A DNA stretch of 64,000 bases, taken from contig NC_086108.1 in the NCBI RefSeq assembly GCF_963921235.1, positions 97,094,001 to 97,158,000 of the forward strand, in the 5' to 3' direction. The notes beneath the pieces were generated by a model. It made no database searches and was not told the origin of the DNA. It was given only the letters and a program-made list of their open reading frames with translations. Shown here piece after piece: positions 1 to 11,514 of the stretch (position 1 is the first letter of the stretch; every line of letters begins with the position of its first letter). Position numbers and translations under genes: made by a program. This stretch comes from Mobula hypostoma. Lineage: Eukaryota.

Positions 1-408
1 AAGGAGATTGAGGGGGGATCTGATTGAGACATATAAGATTATTAAGGGATTGGACAAGATAGAGGCAGGAAATATGTTCCAGATGCTGGGAGAGTCCAGT
101 ACCAGAGGGCATGGTTTAAGAATAAGGGGTAGGTCATTTAGGACAGAGTTGAGGAGGAACTTCTTCTCCCAGAGAGTTGTGGAGGTGTGGAACGCTCTGC
201 CTCAGAAGGCAGGGGAGGCCAATTCTCTGGATGCTTTCAAGAAGGAGCTAGATAGGTATCTTATGGATAGGGGAATCAAGGGTTATGGGGGCGAGGCAGG
301 AACCGGGTATTGATAGTAGGTGATCAGCCATGATCTCAGAATGGCGGTGCAGGCTCGAAGGGCCGAATAGTCTACTTCTGCACCCATTGTCTATTATCTA
401 TTGTCTAT
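1..408 (+). mobile_element. CR1-type LINE 3' end (ORF2 C-terminus plus 3' UTR)
   Basis: RGDLIETYKIIKGLD...TRGHGLRI...RRNFFSQRVVEVWNALP is the typical CR1 ORF2 end. The 3' UTR has ggctcgaagggccgaa and a short tandem (attgtct) tail. Frame is uninterrupted. Confidence 0.9.
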
Positions 409-1121
409 ACGTCAAGAACCCTCTGTACATCAATGTACGGTGGCTCCTGCCACTTATTGTATACTTTTCCCTTACATTTTACCTCGAAAAATGAAATGCC
501 TTGTATTTGTCCTGATTTAATTCTATTTACCCACATTTCCAACTGGTCAAATATTCTGCTGAATCCTTAGACAACCTTCCTCACTATCAACAACTTAGCC
601 AGATTTTGTGCCATCTGCAAACTATCTAATCAGCCGTCCTATATTTTTGTCCGTGTTACAAACAACAGAGGTCCCAGCACTGATCAATGTGGAACACCAC
701 CAGTCACAGACTTCCAGTAAGAATAACACCCCTCCACCGCTACTCACTATGGCTAAGATAATTTTGAATCCAATCTGTCAAGCCTCTGTGGGTCCCATAT
801 GGCCTAATCTTCTGGATCAGCTTACCACGAGAGTCCATCTCAAAAGCTTGACTGAAGTCCACGTATACAACACCCACAGCACCACCTTTAGCAGTCAACT
901 TCGTCACCTCCTCAAAAATCTATCAAATTTGTAATACACAACCTCCCCTCAATGTTCCCTCTAATTTGTAATGACCAGTGTGTGCAAAAATGTTGTGCTG
1001 TGTAATTTTTTGCCCAGTGACAACATGTGTGCACTGAATGATTTCTTCAATAAAAACAGTATAAGTAAACCAGTTCTAAAATCTACAGACAAATCATCGC
1101 AAACTCCATGTTGTTAACACT

Positions 1122-2239
1122 AACAACAGGAATTCTGCAGATGCTGGAAATTCAAGCAACACACATCAAAGTTGCTGGTGAACGCAGCAGGCCAGGCAGC
1201 ATCTGTAGGAAGAGGTGCAGTTGACGTTTCAGGCCGAGACCCTTCGTCAGGACTAACTGAAGGAAGAGTGAGTAAGGGATTTGAAAGTAGGAGGGGGAGG
1301 GGGAGATCTGAAATGATAGGAGAAGACAGGAGGAGGCGGGATGGAGCCAAGAGCTGGACAGGTGATAGGCAAAAGGTGATACGAGAGGATCATGGGACAG
1401 GAGGTCCGGGAAGAAAGACGGGGGGGGGGGGACCCAGAGGATGGGCAAGAGGTATATTCAGAGGGACAGAGGGAGAAAAAGGAGAGTGAGAGAAAGAATG
1501 TGTGCATAAAAATGAGTAACAGCTGGGGTACGAGGGGGAGGTGGGGCCTTAGCGGAAGTTAGAGAAGTCGATGTTCATGCCATCAGGTTGGAGGCTACCC
1601 AGACGGAATATAAGGTGTTGTTCCTCCAACCTGAGTGTGGCTTCATCTTTACAGTAGAGGAGGCCCTGGATAGACATGTCAGAATGGGAATGGGATGTGG
1701 AATTAAAATGTGTGGCCACTGGGAGATCCTGCTTTCTCTGGCGGACAGAGCGTAGATGTTCAGCAAAGCGGTCTCCCAGTCTGCGTCGGGTCTCGCCAAT
1801 ATATAAAAGGCCACATCGGGAGCACCGGACGCAGTATATCACCCCAGTCGACTCACAGGTGAAGTGTTGCCTCACCTGGAAGGATTGTTTGGGGCCCTGA
1901 ATGGTGGTAAGGGAGGAAGTGTAAGGGCATGTGTAGCACTTGTTCCGCTTACACGGATAAGTGCCAGGAGGGAGATCAGTGGGGAGGGATGGGGGGGACA
2001 AATGGACAAGGGAGTTGCGTAGAGAGCGATCCCTGCGGAATGCAGGGGGGGGGAGGGAAAGATGTGCTTAGTGGTGGGATCCCATTGGAGGTGGCGGAAG
2101 TTACAGAGAATAATATGTTGGACCTGGAGGCTGGTGGGGTGGTAGGTGAGGACCAGGGGAACCCTATTCCTAGTGGGGTGGCGGGAGGATGGAGTGAGAG
2201 CAGATGTACGTGAAATGGGGGAGATGCGTTTAAGAACAG
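1122..2239 (-). mobile_element. Penelope-like retroelement, 5'-truncated, with GIY-YIG endonuclease region
   Basis: ORF 1549..2001: CKRNKCYTC...FTCESTGVIYCVRCSRCGLLYIGETRRRLGDRFAEH...EEQHLIFRLGSLQPDGMN. Upstream RVPLVLTYHP is in another frame (shift near the G-run at ~2045). 14-bp TSD atgttgttaacact at 1108-1121 and 2240-2253. Confidence 0.92.
1218..1259 (-). ncRNA. Minimal hammerhead ribozyme motif in the Penelope terminal region
   Basis: Minus strand: cagttagtc-CTGACGA-agggtctcggcct-GAAA-cGTC-aactg. Contains the CUGANGA and GAAA cores, a stem II, a GUC cleavage triplet and flanking pairing. Confidence 0.75.
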
Positions 2240-2577
2240 ATGTTGTTAACACTGTCCGCATCAGAAACCAGAAAAGGAAATGTACTTAACATGTCAACGA
2301 GGTAGAGGATAGTGGCCTCTTGTGCAGAGTTTAAATTCCTTTGTGCGCTAGTAGCAAAAGATGTGTGAGAGTGCACACCTTGGAGGGAGCATTACCTCCC
2401 CTGCACAAAGCCATACTGACGTTCCCTAGTCCATGTTTTTATAGATGTGAGTAGATCCTATCCCTAAGAATCTTTTCCAATAATTTCACTAGCATTGACA
2501 TAAGGCTTAATGGCATTGACTATTCTTCACTCCTCAGGGACCTTGCCTGTGGTTGAAAATCTCTGTCAAGGCCCCAG

Positions 2578-2855
2578 ATACAGCACGGAACAGGCCCTTT
2601 CAGCCCTTCGAGCCACATTGCCTAGCAACCCACTGATTTAACCCTAGCCTAATCAGGGGGCAATTTACAATGACCAATGAACCTACTAACTGGCACGTCT
2701 TTGGACCGTGGGAGGAAACCCGAGCACCCGGAGAAAACCCACGCACGCACGGGAAGGAATGCACAAATTTGCTAACAGAGGACGCCGGAATTGAACTCTG
2801 AACCCTGATGCCCTGAGCTGTAATAGTGTCGCGCCAACTGCTACACTACCCTGAC
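2578..2855 (-). mobile_element. tRNA-derived V-SINE/HE1-like SINE
   Basis: Antisense of ...gttcaattcc...gtgggttttctccgggtgctcgggtttcctcccac...ggctcgaagggc. Confidence 0.8.
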
Positions 2856-3020
2856 AACCTCTCTCAATAACCTGCGATAGGTCCCTTCAAGTCCTGGGGA
2901 CTTATTCATATTATTATGGTGAATAATATGGTGGATGTCCTCCTACACCTCCTCCTCCTTGATATCAACGTGCCTTAGAATGTTAGCACACCCTCTCCAT
3001 GATCTCGCTCTCCTCTGTGA

Positions 3021-3101
3021 CAGGGGTTCCCAACCTGGGGTTCATGGACCCCTTGGTTAATGATAAGGGTCCATGACATAAAAAAAGGTTGGGAACCCCT
3101 A
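3021..3101. mobile_element. 81-bp hAT/Charlie-like MITE
   Basis: TIRs caggggttcccaacc / ggttgggaaccccta; 8-bp TSD ctctgtga/ctctatga. Confidence 0.85.
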
Positions 3102-3954
3102 CTCTATGACCTTCTTCTTGTTGAATACTGATTCGAAATACTCGTTTATTCTCTCGCCCACCATCTCTGGCTTCAGGCATAAATTCCCTCATTTGTCCTT
3201 TTTTCTCCTTAGTTACCCTTTTAATTTTTATGTGTGTAAAAAATGTCTTGAGATTCTCTTTAACACTATTTGCCAAGGACATCTAATGGCCCCTTTTTGC
3301 CCTCCTGATTCCCTGTTTAAATTCTCTCCTGCCTGCTTTTTATTTATCAAAGGCCCGGTTTGATGTCAGCTTCCTTGACCCTAACTAAATCTGCAACATC
3401 TTTTGTCATCTACGATGTTTAAGAAAAGAAAGAGAGGGAGATTAAAGAAGTGGGGGAGTTGCACTACTAATCAGAGACCTAATGCCAGTGATATTAAACC
3501 TGATTCTGATTTTGATTCATACTATCAGAATTCGGATTCTGATCATATACCCCATATCCTGGAGTGTCTACACAAGAAACCCTCCTTGATGCATCCAGCA
3601 AATTCTGCCCCATCCAAGCCTCTGGCACTATGGAGTCCCAGTCAACACTGAGGAAATTACAGTCACCCACTACAACCCCCCTGGTGTTCTTGGATCTTTC
3701 CATAAACTGCCAACATATCTGTTTCTCTTTTGCTTATTGAGAGACACACAGATCAAATGATCTCAGGGTAGGTTCATGTCCTCTTTAGATATCAACAAAG
3801 TAGGTCTCATCTCTGTGCTTAAAGGATATATTGACATGCTGAACTATAAATAAATAGATGAACCACTTCCACTGGCAGCTTGTAGCACTCTCACAGCACT
3901 TGTAAAGAAGTTCCCCCTCAGGTTCTCCTTAAATATTTCAACTTCCACCCTAAT

Positions 3955-4596
3955 CTTTGACAAACTTCTATAAATGTGTGGTGGAGAGCATACTCACTGG
4001 CTCCATCGTAGCTTGGTATGGAAATACCAATATCTTTGAAGGGCAAATCCTACATAAAGTAGTGGATTTGGCCCTGTCCATCACAGGTAAAGCCCTCTCC
4101 ACCATGGAGCACATCTGGATGAAGCATTTTCCCAGAAATATAGCATCCATCATCAAGGACCTCATACCATCGCCCAGGACATGCTCTCTTCCTGATGCTG
4201 CCATCAGTAAGAAGGTACAGGAGCCTCAGGATTCACAATACCAGGTTCATGAACAGTTATAGGCCCTCAGCCATCAAGCTCCTGAACCAAAGGAGATAGC
4301 TTCACCCAACTTCACCTGCCCCATCGTTGAACTGTTCCCACAGCCTATGGATTCACTTTCAAGGGCTGTTCATCTCATATTTTTGATATTTATTGTTTAT
4401 TTATTTATTAATTGTTATTTCTTTTTTTTTGGTATTTGCACATTGGTTGAATGCCTAAATGGGTGTGATCTTACATTGATTCTATTATAGTTATTATTCT
4501 GTTGATTGATTTATTGAGTATGCCTCCAAGAAAATGAATCTCTGTGTTGTACATGGTGACATACATATAGTTCGATAATAAATTTAATTTGAACCT
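3955..4596 (+). mobile_element. Rex1/Babar-type LINE 3' fragment
   Basis: TNFYKCVVESILTGSIVAWYG... followed by the tail aagaaaatgaatctc...aataaatttaatttgaac. Confidence 0.8.
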
Positions 4597-4687
4597 TGAC
4601 CTCTAGTCTCTCTTGATTTCAGTGGAAAAAGCCTGCATGTTTTTATCCTATTTACAAACGTTTGTATTTACCCCACCACATACATTT

Positions 4688-4940
4688 GGCATGGCGCGCT
4701 AGTGTGGCAGTTACTATAACACTATTACTGTCCAGCAACCTGGGTTCGATTCCTACCGCTGTCTGTGAGGAGTTTGTATGTTCTCCCTGGGACTGCGTGG
4801 GTTTCCTCTGATGCTCCAGTTTTCTCCCACATCCCAAAGAATTCGGATTGGTAGGTCACAAGTGTAATTGAGCAGCGCGGGCTTTTTTGGGACGAGAGGA
4901 GCCCGTTACAGTGCTGTATCTCTAAATAAAAGTAAATAAA
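4688..4940 (+). mobile_element. V-SINE/HE1-like SINE
   Basis: B-box gggttcgattcc followed by the gagtttgtatgttctccc core. Confidence 0.8.
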
Positions 4941-5354
4941 TTAAGGTCTGGTCAGGCTACAGCTTATTCGCTTTTGCAGGCCAGAGAACTGGAACAAAGT
5001 CATGATCGTGTCCTCAGGTCTCAGTAGTAGCAGGAACGGTAAAATTCTTTCTGTTCTCTGTGACCTGCTTAGTTTCCCTTAGCCATAAACGACTCAATTC
5101 CCATTTGGACGAATCACTAAATTAGCATTTGCCTCCATGTCACTACTTTTTGCAAATGACCAATGAATGAACTCCGTAGATTCTCAATAGCATTCTACCA
5201 AAACAGTGATTAAAATAGGTTGCCTGCAGTTAATCATTGAAAAGTGATGTTAAGTGAGTTGCACTGGATCTTCTGAAGAAACCCACACATTTCTTAATTT
5301 AGGCAGATTTAGTCGGGCAGAGTAGTTACTGTAGTAGTATAGATGCTGTCATTT

Positions 5355-6120
5355 TCTATTGTCCAGTTGCACTTACATTCACTGTGATGAAGTGCTTTGA
5401 GAGGTTGCTGATGAATCGCATCAACTCCTGCCTGAGAAGTGACTTGGATCTACTCCATTACAACAAGGCAACAGCAGGTGCCACTTCACTGGCTCTTAAC
5501 TCGACCTTGGAACATTTGGACAGTGAAGTTGCGTCCATTAGGATGCTCTTCATTGACTACAGCTTGGCATTCAATGCGATCATCCCCTCAAAACTGATCA
5601 ATAATCTTCAAGACCTCGTGCTCAACAACTGCTTCTGCAACTGGATCCTCAACCTCCTCGCTTGCAGACCCCAGTCAATTCAGACTGGCAACAACATCTC
5701 CTGTACTATCTCCATCAGCGCAGGTGCACCACAAGGCTGTGTGCTTAGCCCCCTGCTCTACTCACTTTATATTTATGACTGCGAGACTAAGCACAGCTCC
5801 AATGTCATATTTAAATTTACTGTTTACACCACTGTCAATGGCCAAGTCAAAGGTGGTGACATAGGATGGAGATTGAAAATTTAGCTGAGAGGTGCCATAA
5901 CAACAGCCTCTCACTCAGCATTAGCAAGCCCAAGGAGCTGATTATTGAATACAGGAGAAGGAAACCAGGGGTTCATGAGCCAGTTCACATTGGACGATCA
6001 GGAGTGGAGAGGGTCAGCAACTATAAATTCCTCTGTGTTATTACTTCAGGGATCAGTTCCGGGTCCAGCACATGATTGCCAATACGAAGAAAGTACGGAG
6101 CTGTCTCTACTTTTTTAGAT
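5355..6120 (+). mobile_element. Rex1/Babar reverse-transcriptase fragment (decayed)
   Basis: MKCFERLL...MLFIDYSLAFNAIIPSKL...GAPQGCVLSPLLYSLY; the FADD motif is degenerate. Confidence 0.85.
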
Positions 6121-6249
6121 ACTTAGTCAACCAATATATTTAATATATTACTGAAATAGTAAATGTACAACAGTTGATATGTTATTACTTAGTCTGGGCA
6201 TCAAAAGTTATGGGGAGAAGGCTGGAGAATAGTATTGAGAGGGAGGAGT

Positions 6250-6855
6250 GGGAGGAGAAGATGGCGGCGCGCCTGCGCGTGCGCAGCCCTCCGGTGAAAA
6301 ATTATATCGTATCTGTTAAATTGGGGCCGTGGACAATTCTGATTTGATGGAGAATGGACGTGAAAGCACAGAGGAACATCTGGAGAAATTTCTGAAATGC
6401 CTGTCCGCTGCTGTCATGACTGTGTGGTCGGGAATCTTTCGGAGGGAAGGCCTCAAAATTCCCGGCCTTGCCTGCTTTTGGCGACCGAGAAGGAGGTGGA
6501 ATCGTTTGGACAGAGATGGTCCTCAATACTCAGTGTCGGAGAGCTGATCAGAGCTTGAAGTTTTCGGATGACTCAGAGTCGGACTGTGGTCAGGTGTGGC
6601 AGGGAGAGTTTTTTTTCCTTCTCCCGTCTGTGTGAGATGTGGGACATCTGAGAAACTTTGAACTTTACTGTGCTCACGGACTTCTTCATCAAGTTATAGT
6701 ATTGTTACACTGTTGTAACTATATGTTATAATTATGTGGTTTTGTCAGTTTTTTCAGTCTTGGTTTGTCCTGTGTTTTGTGATATCACACCGGAGGAAAT
6801 AATGTATCATTTCTTAATGCATGCATTACTAAATGACAATAGAAGAGTCTTCGTA
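6250..6855 (+). mobile_element. Young CpG-rich non-autonomous retroelement inserted in a CR1 tail
   Basis: Starts gggaggagaagatggcggcg. Its 3' part matches the antisense fragment at ~12725-12912. The CR1 tail text resumes after it. Confidence 0.6.
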
Positions 6856-7859
6856 AGCATAATACATCAGCCACAATCAAATAGTGGAGCAGACTCGATG
6901 GGCCGAATGGCCTTATCAGGCTCCTATTTCATTTGGTCTTATATGGTGACATATGTGTACTTTAATACTAAATTTACCTTGATCATATGCAAATACATGC
7001 CAAGAATAGTGGTATTGCTTGTTCTAAACACCCTCCTCTGTTCTGTGTTATGTTCAGGCATGATCTCTCATTCCCACTACTTCAAAGTCAGTGTGCCAAT
7101 TTATTTGCAGTCTGCCTGGAATTATACTAAATGCTGCAGTCGTTAGTTAATTTGAAAATGGTTTATGGTCATGCACAGTAAGATTGCTGATCTGCTGTCG
7201 TTATTTTAAAACACAGAATATAATCAATCAACACAACCACCAAACAGCCTCATAAGTTTCTGTAATACTTTGCCAAGCAACATAAGCTCAGCAGATGATT
7301 ACATGATGGTGCTTTGGGATCTCAGACCAGCAGGCCTGATGTTAATATTGAAGGTGGTTAAATGGCTCTGACACTGTAGTAGTACATCAGACTAGAATTT
7401 TTGCTGAAATCTTTGGACTGGACGTGAACCCAGCCATTTCATTTTCCCCTTCAAAATTATAGTGCAGCACAGGAAAATCTCCCCGACAGGATCTTCTAGA
7501 CTACAAAAGCCAAAGTGTGGATGCTATGAAACGTGAAATAAAAACACCCCGTGCTCAAAGAATTCAGTGGGTTGGAGAGCACTTACGTAGAGAGAGACAG
7601 AGTTAATGATGAATGATAACATTGCTTCTTGCTCTGCAGATGCTGCCTGACCTGCTGAGTATTTTCATCATTTTCTGTTGTTATTTCAGAATTTCTGGTC
7701 CATAGTGTTTGACGAGCTTTCACTCACAATGCATTTGATTTCTCAGTTTCACAATGACTAGAATTTTACATGTCAGATCAGCTAAAATAATAAAATCCCG
7801 ATGCCCTAATGGAACTCTGTTTCTGTCCCTGCAGATACTGCAGGGTGTTACAGAGGCCC

Positions 7860-8248
7860 AACCCTCGCCTCTGGTCCTGACACCCTGCATTTTCAATCCA
7901 TCTGGCCCGGTGCTCAAATTGTCCAAATGTTGGTTCGTTCCTTGCTCTAAGACACAGTCCCTGTTGTGTTGATACACTCTGTGTCTGGACTGCGCTGCCA
8001 CGTCTCGGCTCGTACACGACCTTTCCAAATCGGCTTTGAACTTATGAAAAACTACACACAAGAAAGACTGGCAAACAACCAATGTAAGAAACAAGACAAA
8101 CCATGCTAATACAAAAAAATAATAATAAATAAATAAATTGATTGATTGATTGATTAATAAAACTGGGATCATGAGTTGTAGAGACCTTGAAAGTGAGTCT
8201 GCAGGATGTGGGATCAGTTCAGAGTTGAGGTGAGTGAAGTTATCCACA
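7860..8248 (-). repeat. Rex tail plus inserted element, inverted copy of 11703-12085
   Basis: Reverse complement aligns by eye across the Rex/insert junction. Confidence 0.75.
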
Positions 8249-9474
8249 TTGGCCTAATTCTGTTCCTATGTCTTATGGTCTTAAGTCAATGGGTGTATTT
8301 AAAGTAGTTCTTGATTAGTAAGGGCCATTGAAAGATATAGGGAGAAGGCAAAATAATATTTGGCATGGACTAAATGGACAAAGGGTCTGTTTCTTTGCTG
8401 TGGTGTCTATGACTGTATGACTTAAGGCAAGAAAATGGGATTAAGTTGGAACATAAATCAGACATGATCGAATGATGGAGCTGATTCAATGGGTCGAATG
8501 GCTTTACTCTACTCCTGTGTCTTTATGGTTTTGCACTTCGCAGAGGATCATCACCTTGAGAGGTTTGTGAATTCCTGAAATCCCAAGAGTGATGCCGGAA
8601 GGCGTACAGCCAGCTGGCGGGTAGTTCCTGATAAGGTCACTCATGGCGTTGAGGTCAAGGGAAGAGTGCCGGACAAAGAGTGACCCAACCAAAGCCTCAT
8701 CAGTGGGGCTGCTGGGAGATGATAACACATGCCAGCAGCAGTGAAGCTGGAGGAAGGCAGCAGCGGTGAAGTCCCTCAGTGGTCTTCCATTCCAGGCCAT
8801 TGGACACTGGCCCCAATCTCTCAAGGACCATGTGGTGGGTGCCTGTGCATCAGCCTCTCCTCATTAAGCACAATTATGCGCAGGCATCCTGCATTAAGGG
8901 AATTCACCCTTGTATGTTTTGCACCTTGGCCCCAGAGGAACTGCTGTATCCATGTATGGTTGAATGATAATTAAACTTGATTTGATTCGATTTTTGAGAA
9001 CATCCCTGATTAAGTCCCCTGGTGATACCTGAAGCTCCACCAACAGACAACCTCCTAGGAGAACATCATAGTCGACCCGGGTGATCGCACTACTATTGTC
9101 TTACAATTCAGAACAAAGCAGCCTATTTCATTAATATCCTGTCTGCATATCTATTAATTTTCTCCAGCATGGAGGTGCTTCGTGTCTGAAGTGTGTCTAT
9201 GAAAAAAGGCAAAGTCAGCAGGCAATAGGGTTATGCCACCACCTACAGGTTCCATCTAACCTGACTGGAGATATATCAATGGTCCTTTGACACGGTTGGT
9301 CCAAATCATTGAATTCACCATCTAACATCACTCTGGGAATGTTCCCCTCATCAGGATGGCAATAATGTTCATTTACTGCCACGTTCTTCCCAAGGGTAAG
9401 AGAGAGGGACAATGAATACTGACTGTTCACCTGATGTGCGCATCCCAGAAAATATAAAAACAAATTTCTATGAT

Positions 9475-9925
9475 AACACATGCAAGATGCTCGAGGAACT
9501 CAGCAAGTCAAGCAGCATCTATGGAAATGAATAAACAGTTGATGTTTTGGGCTGGAAAGGACAGGGGAAGATGCCAGAATAAAAAGGTGGTGGGGGGGTG
9601 GGGGTACAGGGGAAGAAGGCTAGCTGGAAGGTTATAGGTGAAGCCAGGTGGGTAGGAAAGGTAAAGGATTGGAAAGGAAGGAATCTGATAGGAGAGGAGA
9701 GGAGACCATAGAAGAAAGGGGAGGAGGAGGTGATAGGCAGGTGAGAAAAGGTCAGAGATCAGTGGGGAATAGAAGAAGAGGGAAGGAGGAGGGAAAAATG
9801 TTTTACTAGGAGAAATTGGTGTTCATGTCATCAAGTTGAAGGCTACCCAGACAGAATATAAGGTGTTGCTCTTCCACCCTGAGGGTGGCCTCATCATGGC
9901 ACAGGAGGAGGCCAGGGATCGACTC
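9475..9925 (-). mobile_element. Penelope-like 3' fragment
   Basis: Similar to 1122-1680 (gaggaactcagcaagtcaagcagcatc...ggctacccagacagaatataaggtgttg). Confidence 0.8.
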
Positions 9926-10469
9926 TGATGTCTCATAAATGGTTCCATCACAAACTACTGTTGGAACCACTCAGTCACCGTAAAAATTTCTGAACCTGTG
10001 TGCTATAGGGAAACGTATACACACCCATTTATATTCAAGCATATCAGTGAACACTACCTCGCTAATTTTCTCTGTTTTTGCAATACTTATTTATTTTTAT
10101 ATGTTCTTATTGTAACGTATGAGTATTCTTAATGCTGCTGCAAAATGAGAAATATCACGACATACGTCATGATACCAAACCCGATTCTGATTCATCCCAC
10201 TTGCTCATTTATTTCCCTGCAAGTTATTTTCCCTTAAATATCCATTACCTGTTTTCTGCCTTTCCTTTACCTCTTTAATATAAGTCTATTTCACTGTTGT
10301 CAATTGACCAATCAGAAGATCATTGCAATGGGGAAGGAAACCAGAGCCTGGGAAAACATGCAAATTCCACACAGACAGTAAGGGGGATTAGGATTGGATC
10401 CTGGTTGCTAGGGTTGTGATGCAGCTGTACTACCTGCTGTGCCACACTGCCATGTTTATCTTCATCTCC

Positions 10470-11000
10470 TTCCCATTTCTGATGAAGGGTTCCAGAACGG
10501 AAATGGTAACCTTTTTTTTCCTTTTCACAGATGCTGCTTGAGCTACAGAGTGTTTCCAGCATTTTCCTGCTTCACTAAAAAAAACAGAGGAAGAGAAATC
10601 CTAGGGGAACTCAACAGGTCAGGCAGCATCTATGGAAAGGACTAAACAGTCCATGTTTCGGGCCAAGACCCTTCATCAGGTCTCAAGGGTCTCGGCCCGA
10701 AACATTGACTGTTTATTCCTCTTCACAGGTGCTGCCTGACCTACTGAGCTCCCCCAGCGTTTTGTGTGTGTTGCTCTGTATTTTCAGCATCTGCAATATC
10801 TCTTCTGTTTCAAAACAAATCCTACTCATGACTTTGACGCTTATTCATGGGAGACAGAGGTACACTTAGTGTTTCTGATGAAGGGTCTTGGCCCAAAACT
10901 TCGACTGTTCATTTTCCTCTTTGGATGCTGCCTGACGTGCTGAGTTCCTCCAGCATTTCATGTGTGTGTTAATCCGGATTTCCAGTATCTACAATCTCTC
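10470..11000. mobile_element. Cluster of Penelope-terminus-derived short elements, including an inverted pair
   Basis: Repeated ctgatgaaggg...gaaa...gatgctgcctgacc units in both orientations. Confidence 0.75.
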
Positions 11001-11274
11001 TTCACTCTCTGTAGTGTCTGTACTGCTGTGAACTACTTTGTAGAAATATACCGACAGGAGAGACACTGTGGTTGGGCAACGGGCTGTGAGGAGAACTGGT
11101 AAATGCAGATATGATAGTGGTGTGTAAGAGGCATTTGGATAGACACATGAATGGAGAGCTGTAGATTATGTACAAGCAGAAAAGATTTAATTCAATCGGG
11201 CATCATGTTCAATGCAGGCATCATGGTACAAAGGGCCTAATCCTGTGCTCCACACTTCTATGTTAAAGCACAAG

Positions 11275-11500
11275 CATGTGGCCAAGTGGTTAAGGCGTTC
11301 GTCTAGTTACCTCAATGTCACTAGTTCGAGCCTCAGCTGTGGCAGCGTGTTTGTGCCCTTGAGAAAGGCACTTAATCTCACATTGCTCTAGTCTGTGCAA
11401 GGAGTGGCGCCCCACACAGGCTTCCAATCTGCACCTTGTAAGGCATGAAAATGCCCGACGCAGGCCTCTCATGGTCTGAGTCGACGTTTCTTCCCCTCCC
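11275..11500 (+). mobile_element. tRNA-derived SINE (distinct family) inserted in a CR1 tail
   Basis: A-box tggccaagtgg, B-box gttcgagcc, body gtgcccttgagaaaggcacttaa. Confidence 0.7.
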
Positions 11501-11514
11501 CTAAACCTGACCTA

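Larger units (their letters stand above)
950..2394. mobile_element. hAT-type MITE (~313 bp without its insert), interrupted by a Penelope element
   Basis: Imperfect 15-bp TIRs caatgttccctctaa / ttggagggagcatta. Perfect 8-bp TSD cctcccct at 942-949 and 2395-2402. Confidence 0.8.
410..3720 (-). mobile_element. Old, fragmented antisense CR1 LINE hosting nested insertions
   Basis: Minus-strand remnants of RT/endonuclease-like text (e.g. VKENLKTFFTHIK; VVVGDCNF..VDWD), interrupted by MITEs, a Penelope and a SINE. Confidence 0.7.

Noticed and set aside
11275..11340. tRNA gene
   Set aside because: A/B boxes run into a SINE body, with no convincing acceptor stem or T-run terminator.
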